This document shows positions 28,475-37,710 of a stretch of DNA of 64,000 bases, in pieces (the first letter of the stretch is position 1; each line of letters begins with the position of its first letter). Source of the DNA: a bacterium (GTDB lineage Bacteria; Krumholzibacteriota; Krumholzibacteriia; G020349025); assembly GCA_031362565.1 (NCBI GenBank), contig JANLSU010000120.1, positions 138,872 through 202,871 of the forward strand, written 5' to 3'. Position numbers and translations under genes: made by a program. Below the pieces are notes generated by a model. The model saw nothing but the letters and a program-made list of their open reading frames with translations. It searched no databases and was not told the DNA's origin.

Positions 28475-28503
28475 TTGACTCCGGCTGGAATTCTGATTAG
28501 TTT
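28475..28503 (+). promoter_or_regulatory. Putative sigma70-type promoter for the TPR gene
   Basis: TTGACT-N17-TAGTTT. Confidence 0.55.
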
Positions 28504-28580
28504 GAATGCACCTCGCTCACAGATCGAAGTTGCCGCCGATCGCCTCGCCAGGCCGGCGGGTCCATTGGGACTCGTGACGC

Positions 28581-30119
28581 TTGGAGGCCCCTGTGTTCAA
28601 ACGACCGTCCTTTCCGATGTTGTTGCTGGCCGTCGCCCTGGCAACGCCCGTTCAGGGCGGGGGCGCCCCGGCTCCGGCCGCGGCCGCCGGCAAGATCCCC
28701 ATCACGACGGCTTCCGCCGCCGCCCGCGACGCCTTCCTGCGCGGCCGTGATCTGACTGAGAAGCTGCGTATCCAGCAGGCGCGCGGTGAGTACACGCGCG
28801 CTGTCGAGCTCGATCCCAATTTCGCGCTCGCCTATCTGAACCTGGCCGGCACCCAGCCGACGACGAAGGAGTTCTTCGCGACCTTGGCGCAGGCCGAGGC
28901 GCTCGCCGGCAAGGTGTCGGAAGGCGAGCGGCTGATGATTCAGGGTGCCGTCGTTGCCTCCACGGGAGACAACACGGCGCAGGACAAGATCTACGAGGAG
29001 TTGGTCGCAAAGTACCCGGCCGACGAGCGCGCGCTGGCGCTCCTCGGCAACGCCCATTTCGGGGCGCAGCGCTATGCGGAGGCCATCGTGCAGTACGAGA
29101 AGGCGGCGCGCATCGCGCCGGACTTTTCGCAGCTCTACAACCAGCTTGGTTACAGCTACCGGTTCTTGGGCGAGACCGCCAAGGCCGAGGGCGCGTTCAA
29201 GAAATACATCCAACTCATTCCCGATGATCCCAACCCGTATGATTCGTACGCCGAACTGCTTTTGAAACTCGGGCGCTTCGACGAGTCGATCGCCAACTAT
29301 CGCCAGGCACTTGCGGTCGACCCGACGTTCGTCAACTCGTACCTCGGCATCGCCACCGATCTGGACCTGCAGGGCAAGTGCAAGGATGCGAGGCGCGAGA
29401 TCGATACGATGCTCGCGAACGCCAAGGACGATGGGCAGCGCCGCACCGGACTGTTCGGCAAGACGGTGTCGTTCGTGTACGAAGGCGACCTCGCGTCGGC
29501 GCAGGCGGAGCTCGACAAGCAGTTCGCGCTCGGCGACAAGATCGGCGACGCCCTCGCCATGAGCGGTGACCTGGCACTCATGGGGAATCTGGCGCTCGAG
29601 GCCGGCGATGCGGCGACGGCGGAGGCGCGCTTCGACCGCGCGCTCGCGGTCGTCGAGGCGTCGAAGACGGTAGCTGAAGCCAACAAGGAGTTTCAACGCC
29701 GCTTCCAGCCCTATCGCGCCGCGCGCGTGGCGTTTGCGCGGAACGACCTGGCGACGGCGAAGGCACAATGCGCGACCTTCACCGCCAAGGTCGCGGCCTC
29801 GGGGAACGTCTTCCAGAAGAAACTGGCGCACGAACTCGCGGGGCAAATTGCTCTGGCTGGAAAGAACTATGACGCGGCGATCGCGGAGTTGGGGCAAGCG
29901 AACCAGCTCGATCCCTACAACATGTACCGGCTGTCACTCGCCTACGCCGGCAAGGGAGACGATGCGAAGGCGCGCGATCTCGCAACGCGCGCCGGCAACG
30001 ACAACACCCTCACCAACTTGAATCTGGCCTTCGTGCGGCGGCTACTGTGGAAGGCGAACGGCGGCATCGACAGCGCGCCGGCGGGATCGCAGGCGACGCG
30101 TTCGTCGAGTGGACACTGA
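28581..30119 (+). CDS. Secreted tetratricopeptide-repeat protein; start may be 28593 or 28617
   Basis: Signal peptide; multiple TPRs (AVELDPNFALAY, YNQLGYSY, NPYDSYAE). Confidence 0.88.
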   Translation: MEAPVFKRPSFPMLLLAVALATPVQGGGAPAPAAAAGKIPITTASAAARDAFLRGRDLTEKLRIQQARGEYTRAVELDPNFALAYLNLAGTQPTTKEFFATLAQAEALAGKVSEGERLMIQGAVVASTGDNTAQDKIYEELVAKYPADERALALLGNAHFGAQRYAEAIVQYEKAARIAPDFSQLYNQLGYSYRFLGETAKAEGAFKKYIQLIPDDPNPYDSYAELLLKLGRFDESIANYRQALAVDPTFVNSYLGIATDLDLQGKCKDARREIDTMLANAKDDGQRRTGLFGKTVSFVYEGDLASAQAELDKQFALGDKIGDALAMSGDLALMGNLALEAGDAATAEARFDRALAVVEASKTVAEANKEFQRRFQPYRAARVAFARNDLATAKAQCATFTAKVAASGNVFQKKLAHELAGQIALAGKNYDAAIAELGQANQLDPYNMYRLSLAYAGKGDDAKARDLATRAGNDNTLTNLNLAFVRRLLWKANGGIDSAPAGSQATRSSSGH

Positions 30120-30182
30120 GCCATACGCGAAGTGATGCGCCGGCCGCGGTGGGCTGCGAAAGCGCCGCGGCCGGCAACTCTT

Positions 30183-30593
30183 TCAATCCCGCCACCCGAC
30201 GAACCCAATGGCCACCACGATCGACATGACGACGACGGCAATCCCAGCGACAAGACCCGCTACCGCGAACGGGTTTCTGTAGGCCCCCTGCACAACATCC
30301 AGCGATTGGACTTCGGCACCCGGGAGTGCCAGGCGCTTCTCTTGCGTCTCACCCCAAGTCGCCGACGAAACGAAAACCCATTCCTGGTCGTGCAGACGCG
30401 CGGTCCCGTGGAAGGCGTGGTGAATGCCGTCACTCGTCTCGTAACCGACGACTTCGATTCCGTTGGCAGACCACGCCGGACGCGGGATCGAAAGCGCGGC
30501 GCCGCCCACCGGAACGGAGCGCGTCGAAGCACAACCTGCGGCGACGAGAAGAAGCAGGGCAAGTGAAGACTGGGCTCGCTTGGGTCGCCGCAT
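30183..30593 (-). CDS. Hypothetical lipoprotein with C-terminal TM helix
   Basis: AAGC lipobox-like motif after a hydrophobic stretch; C-terminal hydrophobic helix. Confidence 0.55.
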   Translation of the reverse strand: MRRPKRAQSSLALLLLVAAGCASTRSVPVGGAALSIPRPAWSANGIEVVGYETSDGIHHAFHGTARLHDQEWVFVSSATWGETQEKRLALPGAEVQSLDVVQGAYRNPFAVAGLVAGIAVVVMSIVVAIGFVGWRD

Positions 30594-30770
30594 CGTGCCA
30601 CCGCCAATTGCGAAAATCTCGTCGTCAGGTTCGCGATGCATGCCACAGCATAGCGCCTCGCTCAGCGCCGAGAACAACCCTCGTCCGTGAATCCAAGCCC
30701 ACTTGCGAGGCTTGCCGGCGCGGGCGTTCTCGTGCAATGATTCCGGTGCTCAATCACCGGAGGCATCGGC

Positions 30771-33700
30771 ATGGGTCCACGGGCTCGCCGCTTGGCGCTC
30801 ATGGCGCTCTTGGGCCTCGTGGCGGCTAACGCGGTCGCTCGCCCGGATCAGGATCGGCCCCAGCTGGTGCCGGACGAGCCTGAGGTCGATGCCCCGTTCG
30901 CCCGGCCGCCGCGTCAGGCGACCGTCGGACATGACACGACTTGGATTGCCGATTGGACGTTCGACGCGCCGGGCGGCGGTTGCACGCCATCGGGATGGAC
31001 TGCGTACGATTTCCACTTCCGGAACGCCGGGAACAACGACTGGTCGACGGGTTCGCAGTACGCGGGCCTGGGCGGCGTCATCAACAACTCGGCGGCGATC
31101 CTCCGGCATCACGACTTGTGCTGGGCTCGAGATGGATACGGCAACAACTGGGACTACTCGATCGTCCTCCGATACCAGGATCCGCCTGGTGCTGGGACGT
31201 TTGCCACGCTCGCCTTCGACAAATCGAGCGACAGTGAACCCGGGTATGATTTCGTCTCGGTCGAAGCCGACTCGGCGGGCGCTTCTGAGGCGCGCTTCAA
31301 CTTCTGTGCGAATCCATCCGGGGCCGCGGAGTCCTACCGGCAGCAGATCCTCTCCACGACCGGCTATGACCCCGGTTCACATGTTGGTCCGGTCAACCTC
31401 CCGGAGTATGGCCCCGGCCTCCACGAGGTTTACATCCGTTTCAATAGCGACGCCGGTTACTCGGACCAGGACGGCATGTACTCGAGTGGCAACCACCTGG
31501 GTCTTGTCGTCGACAACATTGTCGTGACGGGCCCGCTCGCGTACGTCGAAAACTTCGAAGGTTCGCTCGGCGCCAATGTTCAGCTACTCAACACGGCAGC
31601 GAACGTGCCCTTTTGCGCCGCGCCTTGGGCGCGGCTCGTGGTTCATCCAACCGACAACGACAAGTGTACGGAGGACAACACTTGCGCTTGGATCGCGTCG
31701 GATCCTGCACGTCCGGCGCTCTTTCCTGACATGGCTTTCGGGCCAGGTCAGGCGATCGTCCATAACTGGATCGACGACATCGTCGTGAGCCCATGGGTCG
31801 CCCTCGGCCCGACGGCGAAGGCCACCGTGTTCTCGCTGCGGCGCTTCGGTGGGAATATCTTCACGAACGGGTACATCGTACAAGGACATCACCTCCGCTC
31901 CCTGCGCCGCGTCGACAATACCGACTCGCCACAGCCGGGCGACTCGATCGACTGCGTCTCGACTTGGGCGCGCATGAGCTCCTTCAACACGCTCGGCACG
32001 TTCGCGTGGACGAACAAATTCGATGATCTCGCCCAGTACTACGATCCCAGCGCGACCCAGATCCAAGTCGCATTCCGGATCGCCGACGGACAGGCTCTTT
32101 TTGGCTATCCGCCGCCAACGACTCTCAATCCTGGACCCGGCCCGTATATCGACCGGGTCCGCCTTGGTCGCCTCGGACTTCCGGGACCTGGAATGGGTGC
32201 CGTAGACCCGAGTTATCAGGCGCAGGATGCGTTTCCAACCGCGCTTGCCGCGAGCCCGAGCGTCTATCTCCCGGACGGCTCGAATCGCTTTGGAGCCTGT
32301 GCTTTCTCGGGCAGCCGCCTGGTGGGTTCTTGCTGCGGGAACCGGCCGGTTCCCGGCGATTCGATCATTGTGTACGCGTCCGATTCGAACGGCACCGGAA
32401 TGGCGGGCGTGCGTTTCTACGGCGCGATCGTCTCCGGTCCACATGCGGGCAAGGCGCCGCCGCCCTACTCAGTGAGCCAGAGCGGCTTCTTCACGGTCGA
32501 TGCGGCCAAGGTGGGAGCTTTTAACTCGGGATACTGGACCGTTGATCTCGACGATACCTATTTGCGCGGTGGTGACGTCCTGCAGTACGTTTGGATCGCC
32601 GAAGACAATGCCGGGCGTCATACTTCGCTGCCCGCAGGGCTGTTCGCTCCGCCCGAGTCGATCGCGCAAGCGGAGCTGGAAACGGGCGGGCTGTACGAGG
32701 TCAACGCCCTGCCGGTGATCGACTGGGATCCGGCGTATTTGGCACGCATCGCGGCGGATAACCACGGCGATCTCGATCCAACCGAGACCGAAATTGCCCA
32801 ATCACGGCAAGCGAACTGCATTCTGTACTACGAAAAGGTCAACACCGCGCGCCGCAGTGGAGCCGCGAACCGGACGACTTTCATGTACACGCTCGACGCT
32901 CTGGGCTACCGCGGAAAGTACGACGTGTATGACACTCAAGGGTACTCGTCGGCTTCGTCCGCACTCGCGACACGCGCCAACGTCGGCCAGTGCGCCGGTT
33001 ACGCGCTGATCATTCAAGACGACGGGCGTTCGAGCTTGCTTCCAAACGTTCCCACGGCGAGCCAAGGCTTCACGGCCTTCGACCAGGCACAGTGGTATCG
33101 CGACTATCTGGCACAGGGAGCGACGAGCCTGGCGGGGCGCGCGACGTTGTGGCTCTTGGGCGAAAGCACCGCGATCGAGAATCCCAGCAATCCGCTCTTC
33201 GCGACCGACATGGGGCTCGCGGGCGTGGTGGGCGACCAGGGCATCGCCGTGAACCCGGAGATCGCCGGCACGGGAAGCTTCACTTGGGCCACGGGTGAAG
33301 TCACTTCCTTCGCCGGTGATGCCTGCATGTTGCAAGGCGGTTGCCCGTTCGTCCGCGCGTACGACGGTGCGTCCGCCTCCGGAACGGCGGTCGTGACCCA
33401 TCGCTATCAAGCCGGACCGAATTCCGGCCCGGGCGCGGTCGTCATGAATCGCAATGTGGCGCAAAAGTGGAACACCGTGTGGATGGGATTCGGATGGTTT
33501 GATGTGCGAGACGGCACCATGACTTCATTGCCGTCCGCGCCATCGTTCGCGCTGGCGAGCAAGATTCTCACGGGAGCACTCGCTGATTCGTGCCTGGCGC
33601 CGCTCGATCCTACCGGCGCTGGGGATCCAATTTCGCTTGCCGCACCGCGCTCGACTGCACTGCTTCCCAACGTGCCGAATCCGTTCAATCCTACGACTCA

Positions 33701-33926
33701 GATACCGTTCGACCTAGCCGCGCCGGGGCACGTCGTTCTGTCTGTGTACGACGGAGCCGGTCGCTGGGTGTGTACCTTGGTCGACGCGCAACGCGCCCCC
33801 GGGCATTACTCGACGCTCTGGAATGGCCTGACAGCCGCGGGTGTGCCCGCACCCTCCGGTGTGTACTTCTCCCGGCTGGCCACTCCAACCGCAGTCGTTT
33901 CGCGCAAGATGATACTCGTGCGCTAG
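30771..33926 (+). CDS. Large secreted protein (1051 aa) with C-terminal FlgD-Ig/T9SS-like domain
   Basis: GGAGG RBS, signal peptide; DSEPGYDF and RFNSDAGYSD beta-sandwich motifs; PNPFNPTT...WNG...SGVYF.RL...KM.LVR. Confidence 0.85.
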   Translation: MGPRARRLALMALLGLVAANAVARPDQDRPQLVPDEPEVDAPFARPPRQATVGHDTTWIADWTFDAPGGGCTPSGWTAYDFHFRNAGNNDWSTGSQYAGLGGVINNSAAILRHHDLCWARDGYGNNWDYSIVLRYQDPPGAGTFATLAFDKSSDSEPGYDFVSVEADSAGASEARFNFCANPSGAAESYRQQILSTTGYDPGSHVGPVNLPEYGPGLHEVYIRFNSDAGYSDQDGMYSSGNHLGLVVDNIVVTGPLAYVENFEGSLGANVQLLNTAANVPFCAAPWARLVVHPTDNDKCTEDNTCAWIASDPARPALFPDMAFGPGQAIVHNWIDDIVVSPWVALGPTAKATVFSLRRFGGNIFTNGYIVQGHHLRSLRRVDNTDSPQPGDSIDCVSTWARMSSFNTLGTFAWTNKFDDLAQYYDPSATQIQVAFRIADGQALFGYPPPTTLNPGPGPYIDRVRLGRLGLPGPGMGAVDPSYQAQDAFPTALAASPSVYLPDGSNRFGACAFSGSRLVGSCCGNRPVPGDSIIVYASDSNGTGMAGVRFYGAIVSGPHAGKAPPPYSVSQSGFFTVDAAKVGAFNSGYWTVDLDDTYLRGGDVLQYVWIAEDNAGRHTSLPAGLFAPPESIAQAELETGGLYEVNALPVIDWDPAYLARIAADNHGDLDPTETEIAQSRQANCILYYEKVNTARRSGAANRTTFMYTLDALGYRGKYDVYDTQGYSSASSALATRANVGQCAGYALIIQDDGRSSLLPNVPTASQGFTAFDQAQWYRDYLAQGATSLAGRATLWLLGESTAIENPSNPLFATDMGLAGVVGDQGIAVNPEIAGTGSFTWATGEVTSFAGDACMLQGGCPFVRAYDGASASGTAVVTHRYQAGPNSGPGAVVMNRNVAQKWNTVWMGFGWFDVRDGTMTSLPSAPSFALASKILTGALADSCLAPLDPTGAGDPISLAAPRSTALLPNVPNPFNPTTQIPFDLAAPGHVVLSVYDGAGRWVCTLVDAQRAPGHYSTLWNGLTAAGVPAPSGVYFSRLATPTAVVSRKMILVR

Positions 33927-33947
33927 TCCGACCGTTGGTTCGCCGGC

Positions 33948-35117
33948 TCAGAAACCTTGGTCCCAGAGTTGCGAAAGAAACTGTTCGACCGGGAGAATCT
34001 CGATCCGGTCCTCTGTCGTGCGTGGATGTGGCTCCAACGACACCACAATCTTGCGAACCTTCGGCCAGTCCTCGCTGAAGGCCCGCAGACCCTTGAGATC
34101 ACGCGGCGAGACGGTTTGTGAGGCCTTGACCTCGATCGCGATCAACGGCTTCTGGCCCTCCGCTAGAACGAAGTCGACCTCCAATTGGGAGAGAGACCTC
34201 CAGAAGAAGAGCCGCCGGCCACTGCGGAAGTAATCGAGCGATGCTCTCAGCTCGCGCTCGATGAGGTGTTCAAGAACTCGCCCATACTCGGGCGTGCGGG
34301 GCGACACGGACCAGCGATCCAAGAGTGCATGCGTGACGCCCACATCGAAGAAGAAGAACTTTTCGGTGGCGACCGCCTTGCGTGACCGCGTTCCCTGGAA
34401 TGGCGGAAGCAGGTTCCCGACCAGCGTATCCTCGAGGACCTGAAAATAGTCGCGTACGGTTCGCGGTGAGATCTGCGCGTCGTTCCCCACCTTCGTGTAG
34501 TTGACGATCTCGCCGTTCATCGCGGCAGCCGTCTCCAGAAAACGGCTGAAGTTTGGAATCGAGCGAGCCAGCCCCTCGGCGCGTATCTCCTCCTGGAGAT
34601 AGAGACCGACGTACGCCTGGAGGTCCTCTTTGGGACGATCGGAGAGGAGCACCGACGGCAGGCCGCCCCATTGGAGCAAGTCTTTCCAGGTTCGGCGCGG
34701 TGAAACGGTCCCAATCTCTGGGTACACGATTGAATGCATCCGAACCAACCCGGCCCGACCCCCAAGCAGATTTCGGCCCCGCGCGCGTAATTTTCGTGCG
34801 CTGCTTCCCGTCAAGATGAAACGCAACGACGTCTCCCGCTCCATGAGGCGGTGAACTTCGTCGAGAAGCTCGGGCAGCTTTTGGATTTCGTCCAGAATGA
34901 CGACCTTGCGGCGTTCCGTCAGAGTTCGCGCCCGCTCTCCGATCAGGGCGGGAGATGCCGACAACGATCGGAACGTCTGGGCATCCAAGAGGTCGAGGAA
35001 CAGGGCCTTGGGGAATGATTTCCGGAGCAGCGTGGACTTGCCGGTCAGGCGTGGGCCCAAGAGGAAGAAGCTCTTCTGGGCGGCAAGGGCCGGTAGGTCG
35101 AGAAAACGTCGGAACAT
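33948..35117 (-). CDS. AAA+ ATPase (AAA_14) with DUF4143, paralogue of 7067-8224
   Basis: GPRLTGKST, ILDEIQ, LTGSSARKL, KFFFFDVG, EVDFV...IAIEVK. Confidence 0.92.
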   Translation of the reverse strand: MFRRFLDLPALAAQKSFFLLGPRLTGKSTLLRKSFPKALFLDLLDAQTFRSLSASPALIGERARTLTERRKVVILDEIQKLPELLDEVHRLMERETSLRFILTGSSARKLRARGRNLLGGRAGLVRMHSIVYPEIGTVSPRRTWKDLLQWGGLPSVLLSDRPKEDLQAYVGLYLQEEIRAEGLARSIPNFSRFLETAAAMNGEIVNYTKVGNDAQISPRTVRDYFQVLEDTLVGNLLPPFQGTRSRKAVATEKFFFFDVGVTHALLDRWSVSPRTPEYGRVLEHLIERELRASLDYFRSGRRLFFWRSLSQLEVDFVLAEGQKPLIAIEVKASQTVSPRDLKGLRAFSEDWPKVRKIVVSLEPHPRTTEDRIEILPVEQFLSQLWDQGF

Positions 35118-35147
35118 GACCAGAAGATAGCGTACACGGTTTCAGAG

Positions 35148-35188
35148 ATCCAGTGGTATATCCACTGAATTTCATGAAATCCAGTGGA
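35148..35188. promoter_or_regulatory. Overlapping palindromes upstream of the AAA+ ATPase (candidate operator)
   Basis: ATCCAGTGG-tata-TCCACTGAATTTCATGAAATCCAGTGGA; three alternately oriented CAGTGG boxes. Confidence 0.6.
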
Positions 35189-35217
35189 GGTCCCACCACC
35201 CCCACCCGGCCGCCACG

Positions 35218-36309
35218 TCAGGACACGGCTTCCCTGGCCCGCACCGGCGACGGGCCGCGTGGGCCGCGCCGCCGCGTGCCGGCCACCGGCTCGAGGGCAT
35301 CGACGAGATCCTGCAGCTCGGCATGATTGCGCAGTTCCGCGAGATCGAAGCCGATGTTGTGTGCCGGCACTTTCAAGCGATAGCCGCTCCGGCCGTCGTT
35401 GTCGAAGAGTGCGACACGGTCTTCGATGCCGAGCTGTTCGACGATGCGTTTGATATGGGTGTGAGCGATGCCCTTTTCCTTGATGTTGACGAGCCCGCCG
35501 CCACCGGTCGGGTGGAGCACCCGCTCGGCCGCGAACACCAGCAACCGCCGGTGCACTTCCGGGGTCATCAATTTGCGCTCGCCGTCTACTTCGACGGCGA
35601 TGCGGTCCCCTTCCAGCCGCCCTGTAAAGAAGAGACCGAGACCCGAAAGACGCGCGCGCTCGTGCGCCCAACTCATGGCGAGCGCCAAGAACGTCGTGAT
35701 CGTGGCGGTTTTGGAGACCAGGATGAGCACCCAGTTGTAGTCGGGCACGCGCCACTGCGCGGCGATCTGCATCGCGACCGCGACACACGCCAGCCCGGCC
35801 AACATCGCGAAGCCGCGGCGCGCGAACGACACGGCGAGTGCCCAACCAAGGGCAATGAGCGTCACGAGCGACAACACGACATCCGGCAACTGTTGCGCCC
35901 AACCGGTCGTCCGGCGCGTCCAGAAGCCGATCGCGACGGCGAGACCGAGTACCGCCGCCAAGAACAGCCAGCGCACCCGCGGCACGCGCAGCAGCCGCAA
36001 GCGCTCGGGTCCGTGATCGAGATGCGCGATCGCGAGCCAGAAAAATCCGTTGTTCACCGTCGAGGCGATGGCGAGTGCTGCATCCACACCAGGACCCTGT
36101 GGACCGATCCACGTCCAGAACCCGAGCACGGCCCATGCGAGCACCGCGGCCGCGAGCCAAAACAATCCGGGATCGCGCCGCACCGGTTGTCCCGGCGTGC
36201 GCCGCACTTCCGGCACGCCGCCAATCCAAAAAGACAGCAATGCCAGCCCCGCGAAGAGGCAAATCGCGGCTTGGCTGGCGCCGAACCAGAGTGGTGAACG
36301 GGTCTCCAC
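35218..36309 (-). CDS. Polytopic membrane protein with possible C-terminal winged-helix domain
   Basis: About 7 hydrophobic helices, then a soluble tail ending 'HIKRIVEQLG...LFDNDGRSGYRL'. Confidence 0.65.
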   Translation of the reverse strand: METRSPLWFGASQAAICLFAGLALLSFWIGGVPEVRRTPGQPVRRDPGLFWLAAAVLAWAVLGFWTWIGPQGPGVDAALAIASTVNNGFFWLAIAHLDHGPERLRLLRVPRVRWLFLAAVLGLAVAIGFWTRRTTGWAQQLPDVVLSLVTLIALGWALAVSFARRGFAMLAGLACVAVAMQIAAQWRVPDYNWVLILVSKTATITTFLALAMSWAHERARLSGLGLFFTGRLEGDRIAVEVDGERKLMTPEVHRRLLVFAAERVLHPTGGGGLVNIKEKGIAHTHIKRIVEQLGIEDRVALFDNDGRSGYRLKVPAHNIGFDLAELRNHAELQDLVDALEPVAGTRRRGPRGPSPVRAREAVS

Positions 36310-36318
36310 GCGAACCCT

Positions 36319-36768
36319 TCAGTTGTCTTTGGCCTTCACTTGCTTCTGCAGTTCCTTCGGCCATTTCGCGAGCGCCAGCGCTGCGCCTTGGTAGTGATAA
36401 TCGATGGGATCCTGGCCGGTCTTTTCCCAGTGCAGCACGCCTTGGATGGAATCGCCCGTCACGACACCGGTCCAGGTGTTCGTGCCTTCCTTGGGGCTTA
36501 GAGCCACGGCCCGGAAGGTCATGCTGTTGCCGGTGACCTGCGTGGTGTAGGCAGTCTTGGTAAAACCGTACTTGCGGCACTCCATCGATTCGAACATGCC
36601 TTTGCGGAAGATCGCATGCTCGCGGCTGCACGACTTGTTGGTTTGATCGGCGATTTCGATATGGAACGCCTTACCGTCGAGGCCGTTGCCGTCGGCGCAC
36701 GCGCGGCCGGCCAGAAGCGCGATCGCGAGCAGTGCCAAACGCACCCTGTATGAACCGGGTTTCGTCAT
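36319..36768 (-). CDS. Small secreted hypothetical protein
   Basis: GAGGAG RBS before ATG 36768; signal peptide; beta-rich sequence with F.S.EC.KYGF. Confidence 0.7.
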   Translation of the reverse strand: MTKPGSYRVRLALLAIALLAGRACADGNGLDGKAFHIEIADQTNKSCSREHAIFRKGMFESMECRKYGFTKTAYTTQVTGNSMTFRAVALSPKEGTNTWTGVVTGDSIQGVLHWEKTGQDPIDYHYQGAALALAKWPKELQKQVKAKDN

Positions 36769-36822
36769 TGCGACTCCTCGTTCCACGGGTCCGCAGTGTC
36801 TGAACCGTGGAGTCTACAACGA

Positions 36823-36859
36823 AACCGGCCCGCTGGGAGAGGATCCCAGCGGGCCGGTT
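36823..36859 (-). terminator. Strong hairpin, probable terminator for the 49484-37031 locus
   Basis: Perfect 16-bp stem AACCGGCCCGCTGGGA / TCCCAGCGGGCCGGTT; minus strand ends ...GGTTTCGTTG. Confidence 0.65.
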
Positions 36860-37030
36860 GGCCGTCGCTCGCATCGGTCGGGAGTGGCTTTCGACCGGGG
36901 GGCGGAGGCCGGTGAGACTACGGCGCCCGGCGTTCGTCATCACGACAATCGCCGGACGCAAAATCGGTGCGGCGTTTCAGCAACAGGCGTTCCGAGCCCC
37001 TAGGAACGCCGCGCGAAACGCCGCACACGC

Positions 37031-37486
37031 TCACCGGCGATATTGATCCTTCATCGTGCTCCAGCTCGAGGCTGAGATGGAGCTCGTCCGCGTCTCCAGA
37101 TCGATCTGCTTGGCGGCGCCATTCTCCCAACGCGTGTCATTGAAGCTGCCGACGATGTTGGCGATCCACGTCGCGTCGCTCGCCAGAACATCCTTGCCGT
37201 CCAAGCGCCAGTTGAGGATCTCACCCTGGTTGGCGCCTTCGTCGATGGAGCCGGTCAGCGAATCGTTGCCGTACACATGGATGAGAAAGCTGCCGTCGGC
37301 GTTGGCGAGCGCCGAACCGCAGGTGATGCCGTCGGAGTCGATGGCTTCGATCATGGTGCCGGCGGCCAGCGTGGCGCCGTTCATTTTCGAACCGATGCTG
37401 AAGAAATCGGCAACTGGGGCCTGGGCTTGGGCCGCGCTCGCGCCGCAGGCGAGAGCGAGGGCGATCGTGAGAGCAATGCGTTTCAT
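37031..37486 (-). CDS. Small secreted protein with SWxxxKxxYR tail, homologous to a domain of the adjacent giant protein
   Basis: AGGAGG RBS; signal peptide MKRIALTIALALACGASAAQA; ends SSWSTMKDQYRR. Confidence 0.8.
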   Translation of the reverse strand: MKRIALTIALALACGASAAQAQAPVADFFSIGSKMNGATLAAGTMIEAIDSDGITCGSALANADGSFLIHVYGNDSLTGSIDEGANQGEILNWRLDGKDVLASDATWIANIVGSFNDTRWENGAAKQIDLETRTSSISASSWSTMKDQYRR

Positions 37487-37710
37487 TTTCGAACCTCCTG
37501 TTGATCGTTGTCTCTCCGCCCCGGGTGGAGACGGAGCCGTTCGAGCTTTTCTCGCGCTACCAGGGCTCGAACGGACTCCGTATCTCCTCCCGCGGCAGTG
37601 GCGGTGGCACAACCGAACCGGACGGAATCGCCGAGCCGAAGCCCGGTGCGATCCTTGGGACCCGGCTGTGCTCACCGCACAAGTCCGGCGTTGGAGACGC
37701 TGGCCGCGTC

